A stretch of 64,000 nt of DNA from Antedon mediterranea (Eukaryota; Animalia; Echinodermata): positions 18,551,237-18,615,236 of the forward strand of contig NC_092672.1 of NCBI RefSeq assembly GCF_964355755.1. Direction: 5' to 3'. A program made the position numbers and the translations under genes. The first letter of the stretch is position 1. Every line of letters starts with the position of its first letter. Of this stretch, positions 27,468 through 40,426 are shown one piece after another. Under the pieces are notes generated by a model. The model saw only the letters and a list, made by a program, of their open reading frames with translations. It made no database searches and was not told the DNA's origin.

Positions 27468-29265
27468 CACTTTGACTGCCAGAGGTTTTCCCAGTTAGAA
27501 ACTGCCACTGCCAGCGTTTTTAGCCCAATTCGATGTTTTTATTAAAGCTGGTTGAAACCATGTATGTGATCGGATTTATATGTATTTAGACTAAAATAAT
27601 CATAAAGATTTTAGCTTTACAATGGTACCACGAACGATTTTCAAATCGCAATATGTAAATCGTAATAGTAAAATAAAAGTAATTCACTTTGAGTTTTTCG
27701 TAGTTTCACGCAAGAAAGAAAGAAAATATCGCCCGGTGAGATCAACAAACAACGAAAAAGTTACTTACACAGCATCGATAGGCCTATAAAAACAAGTTAT
27801 CACTATCGAAAAATGTATTACATTTTATAAATCATAAATCTTACATCAATGTTTTGCCAAAATCCACATAGTAAAGACACCAGGCCTAGTTAACCAGGCC
27901 TAAAGTTGGTCCGGAACAGTTTGACGACTAGGCCTAGGCTAGCCTAGTACTACTAGCCTAGCTAGTAAACTGATGATAATATCCATTACATTCCTAAACA
28001 AGTTTATTACGTGAAACTCTGTCACTTACAGTGAAACACCAAGACAATTAGGGTATACAGTCGACCTTCTCATTTACGTACCCCTTGGTCTGAGAGGCGT
28101 TCGTAAATGAAAAAGTTCGTAAATGGGAAGGTTCGGAAAAAAGCGCCCTCTATTAAATCAGTGGTAAAAACATGTCCAAACAAAATGCCCTATGTACAAC
28201 TTATACTGTGTATAGTACACTATAAAGAACAAACAGTATTAAAAATACAGTATAAAACAATTAGATTTAACATGTAAATTAACACCTTAAATGCCAAAAA
28301 GATTGATATTTCTGCTTTTTGTTACGTTAACACACATTCTCTGTACCAAAATTCCATCGTTTACTTTTTATTGTGCATATTTTGACACAAACTGTAATTT
28401 ACGAACTTGTTCCTAAAGTAATAATATCAAATCCGTTCTGGACCGCAAATATTTACATTTTTAAGCTACTATGTATGTGTGGTGTTTGACAGCAAGTAAA
28501 ATGGAATTCCCAGAAAAATGGCTATGCGACGACTGACAACAAAGTTTTAAAATGTTAATAAATAAGAGTCAAGTGTTTTTTTATATCGTAACCACATGCA
28601 CAAACAAAACTAAATTGATAGTATGGTCATCGTAGCTAGCCTTTTTTGCAGTTCGCGATCAACCTTTGTTTTTTTCAAAAACACGTGCAGGGTGCTCTCC
28701 ATGCACTCCAGCAGTGGGGATGATGATCTCTAGCTTAGGCCTAGACTAAACGGCCTAGCTAACGGCCTAGGAATAGACAACTTTTAAACTAGAAATAAAT
28801 CGTGGATCGTTTTTAATAAGCTTTGCTTTATTTATGAAATAATTGTTTTGGGGTAGTTTAATAAATTAAGAAGATAATAAATTAGTAGGTACGTAAAAGT
28901 TTTATTAATATTACTGATGACGTCATCGTTCGAACGGCGTTCGTAAAATAGAAGGTTCGTAATTGAGAAGTGTGTAAATGAGAAGGTCGACTGTACATCG
29001 ATAATAAAATTAAATTTCATATTGAAACTCCATTATTTTTTATTCAGATAACAAACAAACATGCCAATCCACAAAAACTTTTGTAATGCTTCGGCGGCAT
29101 AGCTAGAGCACGACCGATACACAATGTGCCAAGACATCGCTACTGTGATGCGCGCCGCGGTGTATGTTATTTCGACAGGTACCATTTTGACAGTCATTCG
29201 TAACCAGATTAGTTACTTTCAAAAAATGCGAAACAGGAAGATCTTCGTGTTTGGCAGTCAAAGTG
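27468..29265. mobile_element. TTAA-specific non-autonomous DNA transposon (piggyBac-like) hosting a nested MITE
   Basis: TTAA|CACTTTGACTGCCA ... TGGCAGTCAAAGTG|TTAA, perfect 14-bp TIR. Confidence 0.85.
28058..28993. mobile_element. Tc1/mariner (pogo/Tigger-like) MITE, longest copy (936 bp)
   Basis: TA|CAGTCGACCTTCTCATTTAC ... GTAAATGAGAAGGTCGACTG|TA. Confidence 0.9.
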
Positions 29266-29950
29266 TTAATTAATAATAGCCAAGAATGTATATCATTACT
29301 AATGGTAATTAATACATTCTTTAATAATGGGTGTTTGTTTTATAAAGCCAGAACATTAAACTGCTAATGTAAACAAGCTATTATTTATAGTGGCTCTTTA
29401 TTTCAATCATGTTACAATTTTAAGTGAAAAAAAAAAAAGAATGTATGTTATGAGTAATATAAATTAAATAAATATAACAGTTTGTTAATAAATTAGCAAA
29501 ATTGATTTTAATATACAGTACAGTGTCCATAAATAATTCAGTGTCAAGTCACATTGTAATCTATCAATAAATAAATATTAAACATTATGATTGTGTCTAT
29601 GAATGACATATAATAGAAAAAATAGGTTCTTACTGTAGCAGTACCACCCAGTAGGCCAAACTCTATTGACAAACTGTAGTATAAACAGGCTTTGAATTTA
29701 TTAAGAGTATTTTGGGGATATAACAATTATGTTTATGTCAATACACAGGAACTGTTTTCATTGTTGTTAATGCATTTAATAGCTTACACCTTGGCAGATT
29801 TGATAAATGAACATCTTGGCTTCCTACTGACAATAGAGCACTTGCAATTACCTTGCTTAATGTCTTTCTAAATACTCGATATTAACAATACCATTCTACA
29901 CTCGGGAATAAAAGCTTTTAAAGCTTCTTCTGTCACAGGCTAAAAATATT

Positions 29951-30250
29951 TTTATTTATTTTATTTTATTTAATTTTCAGGCAAACATAAATGACAACAC
30001 AGCGGTGCAGCACCCTGAGGATTGCCATGAGTGCAAAGCACTATCGAGATGGCTCTCCATATACTGCACTAGAACATATAAGACAAACATATACACAAGA
30101 TGCTCTACATAGACAAAGACTTATTATTAAGTCTTTGGGAGTGGAGTTGTAAATTGTCATGAGAAAAAAACCCTGACATATGACAGGACTTGAACCCAGG
30201 ACCCTTAGATTGGTAGCCAAGCATCATAACCACCAAGCCACAGCTCCACT
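29951..30250 (-). mobile_element. tRNA-derived SINE
   Basis: Minus strand GGAGCTGTGGCTTGGTGG (A box) ... GGGTTCAAGTCC (B box), then an unrelated body and an (AAAT)-rich tail. Confidence 0.7.
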
Positions 30251-33200
30251 CCTACATGTACTTCTAACAACATTTTTAATTACTTTAAAATAAGCTTAGT
30301 ATAAGACCATCTTTGTTTGTTGCTTTAGCTATGTGTACTTTTTTTAAATCCTTTATTTTTTTTAATTATTAAACTACCACATCCATTATAACACAAACAT
30401 TAATACAACAAATTTAGCTGCTTATTACAACCATGAAGAATTTAGGACATCTAGGATGCTGTTAAAAGCATTGCCAAGCTTGTATTGGTCATTGACATTT
30501 AATTTTCATTTCAGTACTGTATTCTCAAAAGCTCAGCTATGATACGTACCATGTACACTGTCAGTCACATGTACCACATTTGAGAAGTAAAAGCCCATGA
30601 AAACCAGAATAACAAATCGGTTGCTAGACATTTACTTTTTTATTATGACATATGTCAGTAGAACAAATTGATTGTGACATTCATTCAATTAAACAACAAC
30701 ATTTATTAAATTATTTGTTTGTGTAATTGTTATGTTTAGGAAATTCCTATAAGTATATTATGGCATCCGCAACATCTTTTTAATAAATCAGCTAATATTG
30801 TAAGATTAAAACTCTCGCATAGAAATTTGAATACAACTGACACCTGAATAAATAGCCCCATACTATATAGCATTAATATAGGCAACAACTGCAATATTAT
30901 TACTTAATAAAAATGCATGTGAAATTAAAAATAAACAATGTTCAATTCAATGACTATAGCTGTTAACAATGTTTGTGACATTCTTCAATATATTTACATT
31001 TTTATTGGCCGCGTCTGTTTAATTAATCTGTGCAGAACACAAACAATGAGGTAATATTAAACATGACTGAGGAACAGTGTCTGTTTACTTTTACAGCAGA
31101 TTTAGAATAAATTAGCTATATATATTTTTTTCATTCATTTATTATCAGCCAGAATGATGAATTTATGTTTTTAATATAATTTGTTATTTAGTTAGCTCAA
31201 TAAATATCTTTTCCGACAAAATTAGAATTGCTAAAAATGTGATTAACTTGTTTCCAAAAAAATATAACGGATATATCAATGAAACACATTTTTAAACATT
31301 TTTAACAGTAGTTTATCAAATCATTTCCACTGTAAAAACACTAAAGTGAGAGAGTAAACACTTGTTATCCATGCAAGCTGACATGTATGACACATCCAGT
31401 AATTAACAAGACAATTAAACAAATGCTCGATTACTCTTTGAGAAAAACAATGGAAATTTGTTCAAAGAATAGCTAGATGGACAAATCAATAACAACCGAT
31501 TGGCATCCGACAAATCCATGATACGATACATTAGTATTAAACCCTATTGTTCTAACTTACTTGCCTGAAATTGAGATTGTATAGAGCAATTGTTATAGTT
31601 GATATGATCAATGTCAGACTATTAGCATGTGAGAGACAGGAAAAAAGTGCATCCTAATTATAGGTGCTTTCATAGGATAATTATACTACAATATTATTCA
31701 TAATTCAGATTACAGGGTGATTACATGGTTTACATACCAGAGTATAGGTCCACCCTAAGTATAATTCTACCTCCAAACTTCGCCCTGTATTATTGTTAAA
31801 ATTGATAAAACCATTGTACAAGTCGACCCCTGAAAACAGTGGAATTTCCAAACATAACGGGACGCATTATTATAGAGGGCGTGCATATATCCTGAATATT
31901 CATGATGCATGCCTGAGCTCATGACATCATACTTGCAAAACACATTGTCTGACCTGATGCATGTTCGCAGTGCAGATCGGAGTTACTTAAAGACACTAGA
32001 CCTGCAATTTTTGACGTTTTGTAAAAAATACTGCAGATTATATAACTTTAAAAACATTAAACCAGGTCATTTCTTGTATTAAATGTGCGTTCTATTGAGG
32101 TTAATTAGAAGATAAGAAAAAAACAATGCACTACCTGATTGATTAGTAGCTCGTGTCGTATTCTCTCGTAGATGTTTCTAGGCCTAGTTGGGCTTAGTTT
32201 TGTAGGCCTAGCTGGTAAAGACCTAGCCTGACGTTATCGCAATGCTGAAATTAATTGTCTTTCCTTTGTTGGCAGAATCCATTAATATGTAGGCCTAGCT
32301 ATGACATAATTAAACCTGCATAATCACAATTGATTCTAAGGTTATTCATTGCTTTAAAACTGTGTTTTTATAAAGCAAAGCAATCAAAAGGAAATTATAC
32401 TTTATTGGATATAACCCACTTACTAATCATAGGCAATAAAAGAATTTTATTTACATTAACACTTTTTTAAAACAATATAAGGGGTCCTCAAATTAAATAA
32501 ATGCAATCGTGTTTACTATTTTTAAACAAAGAGAAGGAATCGGATTGAGGAGTTTAAGGAGAAAGGAAAACAAAGTCTGTATGTTCTTAACTGTATTCCT
32601 TTCTCTCGGGTGACTCTTACCAAGGCAGCTGAAATTCACATTCAAACATAATACAATCAATTTATAAAAATTCTATTTTTTATAGGTCATGTTGAGTCAT
32701 AAATAAATAAGCATAAAGGAAATACATATGTCAATACCTAAAGTATTATTTTATTGTTTATCAGTTTAGAATAACTGTTAGAACATATTTGAAAGCAAAA
32801 TTAAAATGGTACAAATATTGTCCGTGTGTATATTTATCAAAATCATGTATATATTAGTTTTGTCCAAATCAATTGATCATCAACAATAGTACATATCTCA
32901 ACCTGTCCATGCAACAGTAGTGCTGACATTAGTTCCTAGTTTTCATAGAGCTTCATTAAAATACTTAAGGTGAACACTTTGTATCCAACTACCTGCATGC
33001 TGATAAATTCTTGCAATACCTTAATACACACCCCGGGTGAACAAACAAGTCGCACATTTCAACCTTAAATACACACCCCGGGTGAACAAACAAGTCGCAC
33101 ATTTCAACATTAAGGCTACAAATAAGCGTGCGTGGGACTTATTAGATCAGTAAACATAGTTTAAGACTATAGATGGCAGCACACTAGTTTGACAAAAAAA

Positions 33201-33358
33201 GTGTGATGTTTCTAATATCTGGGCACATCACATTTATTTGTCACATCAAGTTTGATAGTGTAGAGAGAGCTTTACCTAGCAAGTGTCACAAATTTATGAC
33301 ATTTATATTTACAAACCAATGTAAACAAACAATAATCTCTATACAACATAATGACTTG

Positions 33359-34680
33359 GGGCCTGTTTCTGCTGTTTCATTTGTGGATGAATGAAATCAC
33401 AAGATATGTTATTCAGTTGTGGGGGAGAGAAAGTACGGGGAAGGATGGCAGGCAATAGAAAAGAATCACAGATAACAAATAAGAGCATTTTTGCGAAAGT
33501 AAAAGAGGAGTTTGGGGTGGAGTTCCGGGGACTACCCAAGCTAAGCAATTTGAGGCGTTAGTACACGCTCGCGAAGGGTATGGATGGTCCTATATAAACA
33601 CCAAAACGGAAACAAAAAAGGGACTCAGAATGTTGCAAATACCTACCAAACGATAGTAGATAATGGTTAATTAATTATGAAAACCCAAATTTTATAGCAA
33701 AAATCATCCGAATTTATGTTATAAACGATGAAATTAGCAACAAAAACTTAATCCAAACGAGCGTATTTATGGCACGCCCTTAGTGCCTTTAATAGGAGAA
33801 CAATGAACATTCTTACTTTGATCGTTTTACATAATATAATTTTTTAGAAAAACATCACATCGACCGAAAACAAAGGTAATCAGAGCCTTTGATAATATAT
33901 TAAATATGATTTTATTAAGCATAGAAATGTGTTATTATTTATGTTCGTACATAAATATACGAAATAATGTTCAATACTCATTACTTTATTGAAGGCACTA
34001 TGTGCGTGCGATATTCTATGACTTGGATACTCTCGTTTTATTTAAGTTTTTATGGCTAAACTCATCGTTTTTAACATAAATTCGGACGATTTTTGCTATA
34101 AAAGTTGGGTTTTCATAATTAATTAACAATTATCTACTCTCGTTTGGTAAGTATTGCAACAATCTGAGTCTCGTTTTTGTTTCCGTTTGGTGTTTTGTAG
34201 GACCGCGCTCGCGAAAGACAACAGTCGTTCACGTGGGAAGGGCCGTATTTCATCGCCTTTGTTGAGGATAAAAATTATCCTAGGCGATCGGGCGCTGCAC
34301 GACCCTCCCCATCATGTTATTGAAGGCGCCATGAGAATTAATTTTATTAGCGATGTAAGTAGGCTTTAAAAAAAAAAAAAAACTTGTAGACCTGGAGACA
34401 ACATTTTATTTTTTTAACATGTTTGAGTGAGATGTTCGACGATATATACACACGTGTGTATCACGACTTTGATGTAAACAAACAAACAGCCAACTCACTA
34501 CTTCCGTCTGAGTGTATTGCATTTTGGGTAATGATGACGTTTTGCTCGACGACCACCCATAGATTTAACCGGTTATTTCGGAGCACAAATTGAGCAGAAA
34601 CGCGGTCTTGTTATTGTTATCTATTTTTAATCTATTTAAAAATAACCGGTTAAATTGCGTTATGCAGCAGAAACAGACCC
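33359..34680. mobile_element. PIF/Harbinger-like MITE with an internal inverted repeat of about 180 bp
   Basis: TTG|GGGCCTGTTTCTGCTG ... CAGCAGAAACAGACCC|TTG. Inverted, partly deleted copy of 59938-61556. Confidence 0.9.
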
Positions 34681-34830
34681 TTGCTCAACAATTTACTAAA
34701 TGATGATTTAAAATTTTCTCTGTGATTATAGCAAATTGTTTGAGGAAAGCAAAGCAAAACGTCATTGTACTCAGTTTAGTTTACGTGACAGTATTTTGTA
34801 CTGTTGTAACATTTAAGATGTTCAATATGA

Positions 34831-35106
34831 GAACAGTAATACTAGGACAACGGCAGTAAATAGGGTACAAGAACAGTAATACTAGGACAACGGCAGTAAA
34901 TAGGGTACAAGAACAGTAATACTAGGACAACGGCAGTAAATAGGGTACAAGAACAGTAATACTAGGACAACGGCAGTAAATAGGGTACAAGAACAGTAAT
35001 ACTAGGACAACGGCAGTAAATAGGGTACAAGAACAGTAATACTAGGACAACGGCAGTAAATAGGGTACAAGAACAGTAATACTAGGACAACGGCAGTAAA
35101 TAGGGT
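34831..35106. repeat. 40-bp minisatellite, about 7 copies
   Basis: GAACAGTAATACTAGGACAACGGCAGTAAATAGGGTACAA. Confidence 0.96.
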
Positions 35107-35559
35107 TCCATTTTTTGTTTGTTTTTGTTTCATTCTAACACAGAAGTAATTACTTGTGCCACAATTGAATCAAAGATATGGTCTGTGATAAACCATCAAT
35201 CAAACATCAATGCACAAAATACATTTACAAAACAAAAACACCATAGTACTAACAAGTCAGTCACACAAAAAAGAAAAACATTAAGTATATATAAAGATAA
35301 AACAATTTTACAAATACAAATAGCTTTATTCATCAAATCAAAATAAAATAATAGATTCAAGAAAACGATGAAATGGGGTCTCAGGAAAACAGGTTTGTAT
35401 GATAAGAGACCCCAGATTACCTAATTATTTAAAAATTGGTTTACAAAATAATAGTTCAACAGTAAAAAAGATAAGTGGAGACCACCAAAAAATAGACAAG
35501 CAAATTATTTAAAACACTATTTTCCAAAAAATCTTATTGTGATGAGTTTTAAAAAAGCG

Positions 35560-35802
35560 TAAACTGTTCAGTTTGGTAACCACAGCGTGTTGCTAACGCC
35601 TAAACTGTTCAGTTTGGTAACCACAGCGTGTTGCTAACGCCTAAACTGTTCAGTTTGGTAACCACAGCGTGTTGCTAAAGCCTAAACTGTTCAGTTTGGT
35701 AACCACAGCGTGTTGCTAACGCCTAAACTGTTCAGTTTGGTAACCACAGCGTGTTGCTAACGCCTAAACTGTTCAGTTTGGTAACCACAGTGTGTTGCTA
35801 AC
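35560..35802. repeat. 41-bp minisatellite, about 6 copies, ending about 45 bp from the TMCO6 exon 5 donor
   Basis: TAAACTGTTCAGTTTGGTAACCACAGCGTGTTGCTAACGCC. Confidence 0.96.
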
Positions 35803-35847
35803 AATTGTTACTGTCCAGTAGAATAACTAGATAAAAATAAATGTTAC

Positions 35848-35952
35848 CTGCAGTAAATTAATGAGTGGTTGTATTGCACCTTGCTTAATAAGAATCTCAC
35901 GAAATTCTGGTCCCTCACATGCAATGTTCCCTAAAGCCCAGCTACATTGATC
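35848..35952 (-). CDS. TMCO6: TMCO6 coding exon 5 (DQCSWALGNIACEGPEFREILIKQGAIQPLINLLQ), ARM repeat
   Basis: Acceptor tttgtatgtag, donor CAG|GTAAC, 105 nt, WALGNIA ARM motif. Exons 1-5 total 582 nt (194 codons) with no stop. Confidence 0.9.
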
Positions 35953-36064
35953 CTACATACAAATAAAATTTTCATTTAATATCAATTAGAAAAATAATAA
36001 TAATAATATACAATATGTGTGTGTATACTGTATACTGTATCTGTATAAAAGTAAAACTAATACT

Positions 36065-36601
36065 AACTAGAAAGCCACTCCGAACGTGCATACCTCCGCC
36101 TACTGTAAAATTCTCCTACATAAGATTTCTCTGGGAAAAAATATATATTATATATATATTTGTGTGTGTCTTAATGCTGTTTGTGATTTAGACTAATATC
36201 ACTACAAGCATGTGTATGCGAGTTTGGTGTAATGGTTATGTAAGAAGCCTTTCAATTAACATTAGAACAGCAACGCTAAAATCAAACGAGTGAATTTAAA
36301 AAGAAATAGGTTTTTTAAACAACTCGCATCAAAAAAGGTGCACATTAAATCAAATTAGGTTACTTTAAGACTGCTCCCCGGCTTAACACTAGCAGGTCTG
36401 AAAAGTACACTAAAAAGTGGTCCAGAATTGGGGCCATTGTCCCAAATGGTCCTATTTTATTTTAATGGAATGGTCCTTGACCACATATCTATCTGTATAT
36501 TCATTTTCGTAAAGATCTTGTAATTACTTTTTGAGTAATCCTGCTAACAAACAAACAAACAAACACACAAGATCGATTACATAACCTCCTTGGCGGAGAT
36601 A
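36065..36601. mobile_element. Helentron/HINE (DINE-1-like) element in TMCO6 intron 4
   Basis: AACTAGAAAGCCACTCCG..ATACCTCCGCC start, (ACAA)n microsatellite, terminal hairpin CCTCCTTGGCGGAG, no TSD. Second copy at 62109-62994. Confidence 0.75.
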
Positions 36602-36638
36602 AAAAAGTAGTCAACAAGAAAACTGTTTGTTAGCATAC

Positions 36639-36822
36639 CTGCAGTGGTGCACTGTGTCCCTGAAGATATACAATGAGGTAAGGGGAAGCATGCTTAAGAG
36701 CTAGCATAGCATGGTCTGTTTTACCGGCAGCAATGTTTGTTATACACCATGACGCTTCTAGTTGTAAGCCTGGGTTGTTGCATGTTAGTAAACTAATTAG
36801 GCTTTGAAAAGCACCATCAATA
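36639..36822 (-). CDS. TMCO6: TMCO6 coding exon 4 (SIDGAFQSLISLLTCNNPGLQLEASWCITNIAAGKTDHAMLALKHASPYLIVYLQGHSAPLQ), ARM repeat
   Basis: Acceptor tttcttttatcag, donor CAG|GTATG, 184 nt. LQLEASWCITNIA is an importin-alpha-type ARM motif; PYLIVYLQGHS resembles recalled TMCO6 SYLLTYLSSHS. Confidence 0.9.
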
Positions 36823-36855
36823 CTGATAAAAGAAAAATATATTTGAAGTCGTTTA

Positions 36856-37185
36856 TAATAATAATAATAATAATAATAATATCAAACATTTATAAAGCGC
36901 TCTTTACCGGAGTCTCACAGTGCAACATGAAAAGAATAAATTGAAATAGGTGAGTTTTCAGCAGAGATCGGAATTGAAAAGAGTGCAATGGGTGTACAAA
37001 GAAGTTGGTTCCAGATCTCTAGTGCTCGAGAAACAAAGGCATGGATTTAAAGTTGGTTCTAGGTAGCGTTAACATAAGACTAGATCCTTTTCAGAATGAA
37101 GACCTTTCTGTAGTAGGACATACGGTTTAATAAGTTTGTAAACATAATGTGGAGCAGTTCCACAAAGACATGAAAAGGTTGAAAT
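36856..37185 (-). mobile_element. L2-like LINE 3' end
   Basis: Minus strand encodes AFVSRALEIWNQL and FRSLLKTHLF, followed by GCGCTTTATAAATG and a (TTA)n tail. Confidence 0.7.
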
Positions 37186-37327
37186 CTTTGTACTGTATAC
37201 TGTTTATAAAGTGAACATTCTGATTTTGATCTCTAACTCCATAAATTGATGCATTTTGCTATTTTCATTCTTCTGTCATCTTCAGTACATTATTTCTTCT
37301 TTTTTCTTTGATTATTGATCTTATTAT

Positions 37328-38797
37328 TAGGTTATATGCATTATCATGCATATAACCTCTTGATTCTGTCAAAATCTTTATTTATTTATTTATTCTTTCC
37401 TTAGCACTATTTTGTCCGTGAATTATCTTGATATCAGTTTCATCTATCTAAGTCAATTTTTCAGAGTATATTCCTTATGGCCAGGAATCGATGTGGTTAT
37501 GTTTTCAGGGTGCGCAATCAAACATTACGTGGTCTACACATGATTTTACGAAATCACGTTTGTAATCATATATTCACAAGCATGAATCACAATTAAACAA
37601 AATTTGGTACTCATAAATTTCAGGTCATATTTCATCATATGGCAATACAATTACGTGCGTAGCGCATATAACGCTTGCGTACGCGCGCTTAAAATGTTCA
37701 AAATTGTCAAAATTTATTTTCGATGAAATTAGAGTACGTTTCAGGCAATTTTAAGCGTTTAAAAAAAATTGCCATGAGTGCGCCGACTTTTGCACGCGCA
37801 CTGCGCGTTAAACGTTAATGCGCACTCTTTTTGCCCGATTTCTGTTTTACAATCTTTCTTTAATAATATCATCATATTTGATTCACGTTTCAACTCGAAA
37901 TTGCGTTATACGAGCACGTCAAAAGTGACTGGCTACGCACGTATAAGTTAACAAAATGGTGAAAATATGCTAAATTTCAAAATTAATATATATCGTCAGA
38001 AGGCAGGGGAACACCTATTTTTTATTTCATTTTCTTGAAGTGTATGTATCATATGTATGATTTATTATCAAATTAAGAGAACAAAAGTTGATTAAGTCAT
38101 CATTAATTGCATATTCAATTTTTTTTAAATAATTTCGACAATCAAACAAATTATGACATTTTCTTAGGCCAAAATAACAAACTTAACATTAACTCCTTCC
38201 TTCAAAAGTTCATATATTAAAGTTAAAAGTATATAGTTTGACAGTGCATCATTTGTTTACATTTTAAAGATGTCATCATAGTAAAAAATTATAATTCATT
38301 GCGGTATGTAATAATCTATTTGCACCAAAGTGGTTACTGCATAATAAATACACTGAGGAATTTTTCTACAACTTTTAGTCAGTTGTGTATGGCTCGATGG
38401 TCTGTGCTCGTGTCTATGGCATTCAAGGTACCGAGATCGAGTCTCACCTTGGGAAACGAAATAAGATTTTTTTTTATTATCCGTATTGTTTGTTCAAATT
38501 TATTTCTTAGTGTATAGATTATACACATGATTTATAATGAAATCTAGATAAAAATTAACTTATGTCTTTATTATTATGTAACAACAAATGTGGTTTATGA
38601 CATTATACGCATGGATGTTTGATCGGATTGTGATACCGACTATGGTGTTCGCGTTAGCAAGGTCCTATCATATATTATAAATAATTAAAGATTCTGAGAA
38701 AATCAATCAATCAATATATCTTTTAAAAATCAATTATCTTTATTTAAATCAATGCATATAACCTATAATTCGTCATAGTGACGAATTAAATCTAGTT
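37328..38797. mobile_element. Helentron/HINE-like element in TMCO6 intron 3
   Basis: Left hairpin AGGTTATATGCAT-TATC-ATGCATATAACCT. The same ATGCATATAACCT recurs at the right end, followed by hairpin AATTCGTCA-TAG-TGACGAATT and AAATCTAGTT. Confidence 0.75.
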
Positions 38798-38942
38798 ATT
38801 ATTGATCCTATTATTTTTTATTAAATTTCAAATTGTTTTTTTAAAGAGCAGTGGTGTATATATATCAACCTTTAAGTGACCAAGTCAAAAAAAAAAACAC
38901 AATTTTCTTTTAAATTTGCACAATGAAAGGTTTGGTTGAAAC

Positions 38943-39822
38943 TAGTCTGGGCTCCAGACGAGTTTCGTCTTAATATTAGTAAAAATATAAATGTTTTTGC
39001 ACATTTTGCGTTTCATACGTGTATTACTTGAGTTTGGATACTCCGTCTGGGGAAACACGCACAAGTCACGTAGTTTGACACCAAGAATTCTCGGTGCGAT
39101 TATACGATTATCCAGTTGACTAGTTTCAGCCGCATGCCATTGGCTACTCACTCGTACGCAGTTTTAATATTCATATTTCAGAATTTCAAAGACTCAACAA
39201 CTAAGATGATGCGCATGCACTATTTTACGTTTAAACAATGTGTTCTTGGGTACATTGATGAAAATTTCTGAAGGCTAGAAATGATTTTATATGCCTAGTA
39301 GTCTGGTAAACATTTGATAGGATTTTTCCCAAGAACATGAAAACTCGTCTTGCTTCTAGCTAGCTTCTCCATAAATCAAACATTGAATGGATCATTTAAT
39401 ATTATGCAGAGATAATTTGATTTAATTCCCACCCAGACCTTGTCCTCTTGTTCTGTGTGGTGGTGTAGCCCTGTTGTGTGCCGGTGTGCCTTATTGCCGT
39501 TTTATTTGGCAGGTCATATATTATAATATTTATATATTTCAACAGTTGTTCAGTCTCGATCGTACATTCAGCACTGTACATACTCGATCTTTTTCATTTT
39601 GAAAAAAAATGATCATTGGTTGATTCGAAATCCATATTTACATACCGCCCGCCCCATATAGCCAAATACGGTATGATAAACTACGTCATTCTTATCGCAT
39701 GTTTGCTGTCTGCAAATCGATTTCTATACTAGTGTTTCACAAGTCTGTATTTTCAGACAAAAATCAAAATAAAAACAAATAAATAAAAAAAAGACAATGA
39801 ATACAGACTTGGGGCAAGTCTA
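38943..39822. mobile_element. Non-autonomous DNA transposon with TAG..CTA ends and perfect 9-bp TSD (AcademH-like), copy 2
   Basis: GGTTGAAAC|TAGTCTGGGCTCCAGAC ... AGACTTGGGGCAAGTCTA|GGTTGAAAC. Confidence 0.85.
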
Positions 39823-40426
39823 GGTTGAAACATGCAGATAAAATTATTTTGGATATCTGTATCTTGTTGCCATAGTAACGGCAATTTTAAAGTGTATTTT
39901 TTCCTATTATTTCACTGTCAAATAAGGTAAACGCTCTTACACAGATTGTTGAAATTTAATTTAATTTTTAATACAAGATGATGAAAACTGAGAAACAAAC
40001 TGAAAGCAAAAAATTGTTGGTCGGGCATGGGAATGGACCATACCATTTATTTTCAATAGGGTGTTTTTACTTGTGGTAAAAAATTAAATTTTGGCCAAAG
40101 TTTGGAACTTCACAATGTCTATGGTAACACTTGAATTGTGTTGTTATTGATTATATATATTCTATGGACCTTGTGTGAATGGATAAAAGGCAAAAAACTT
40201 TGTGGAATACATTTTTGTTATACTGATGTTGTCACAAAAGTTTGTATTTTTTCTGATTTCAGGATGTGTTATTTGTAAAGTAATGGCATAAAATTTGAAC
40301 GCAATTCAAATTGAATCAAATATTAAAACCGAAATGTAGATAATCTAAACTCAGTGTTTTGTTAACTTGTGTATGTACATATTCACAGCTATAAACATGT
40401 GTATCAATGTTTAAATGAATCAGAGT

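Noticed and set aside
29781-29872. Minus-strand frame ending HLSNLPR as candidate TMCO6 exon 6
   Set aside because: Only LSNL resembles the expected ARM motif, and I found no convincing phase-0 acceptor or flanking similarity.
30170-30250. Bona fide tRNA genes here and at 14399-14466 and 38385-38450
   Set aside because: A and B boxes are present, but there is no paired acceptor stem or clean cloverleaf. Best explained as SINE heads.
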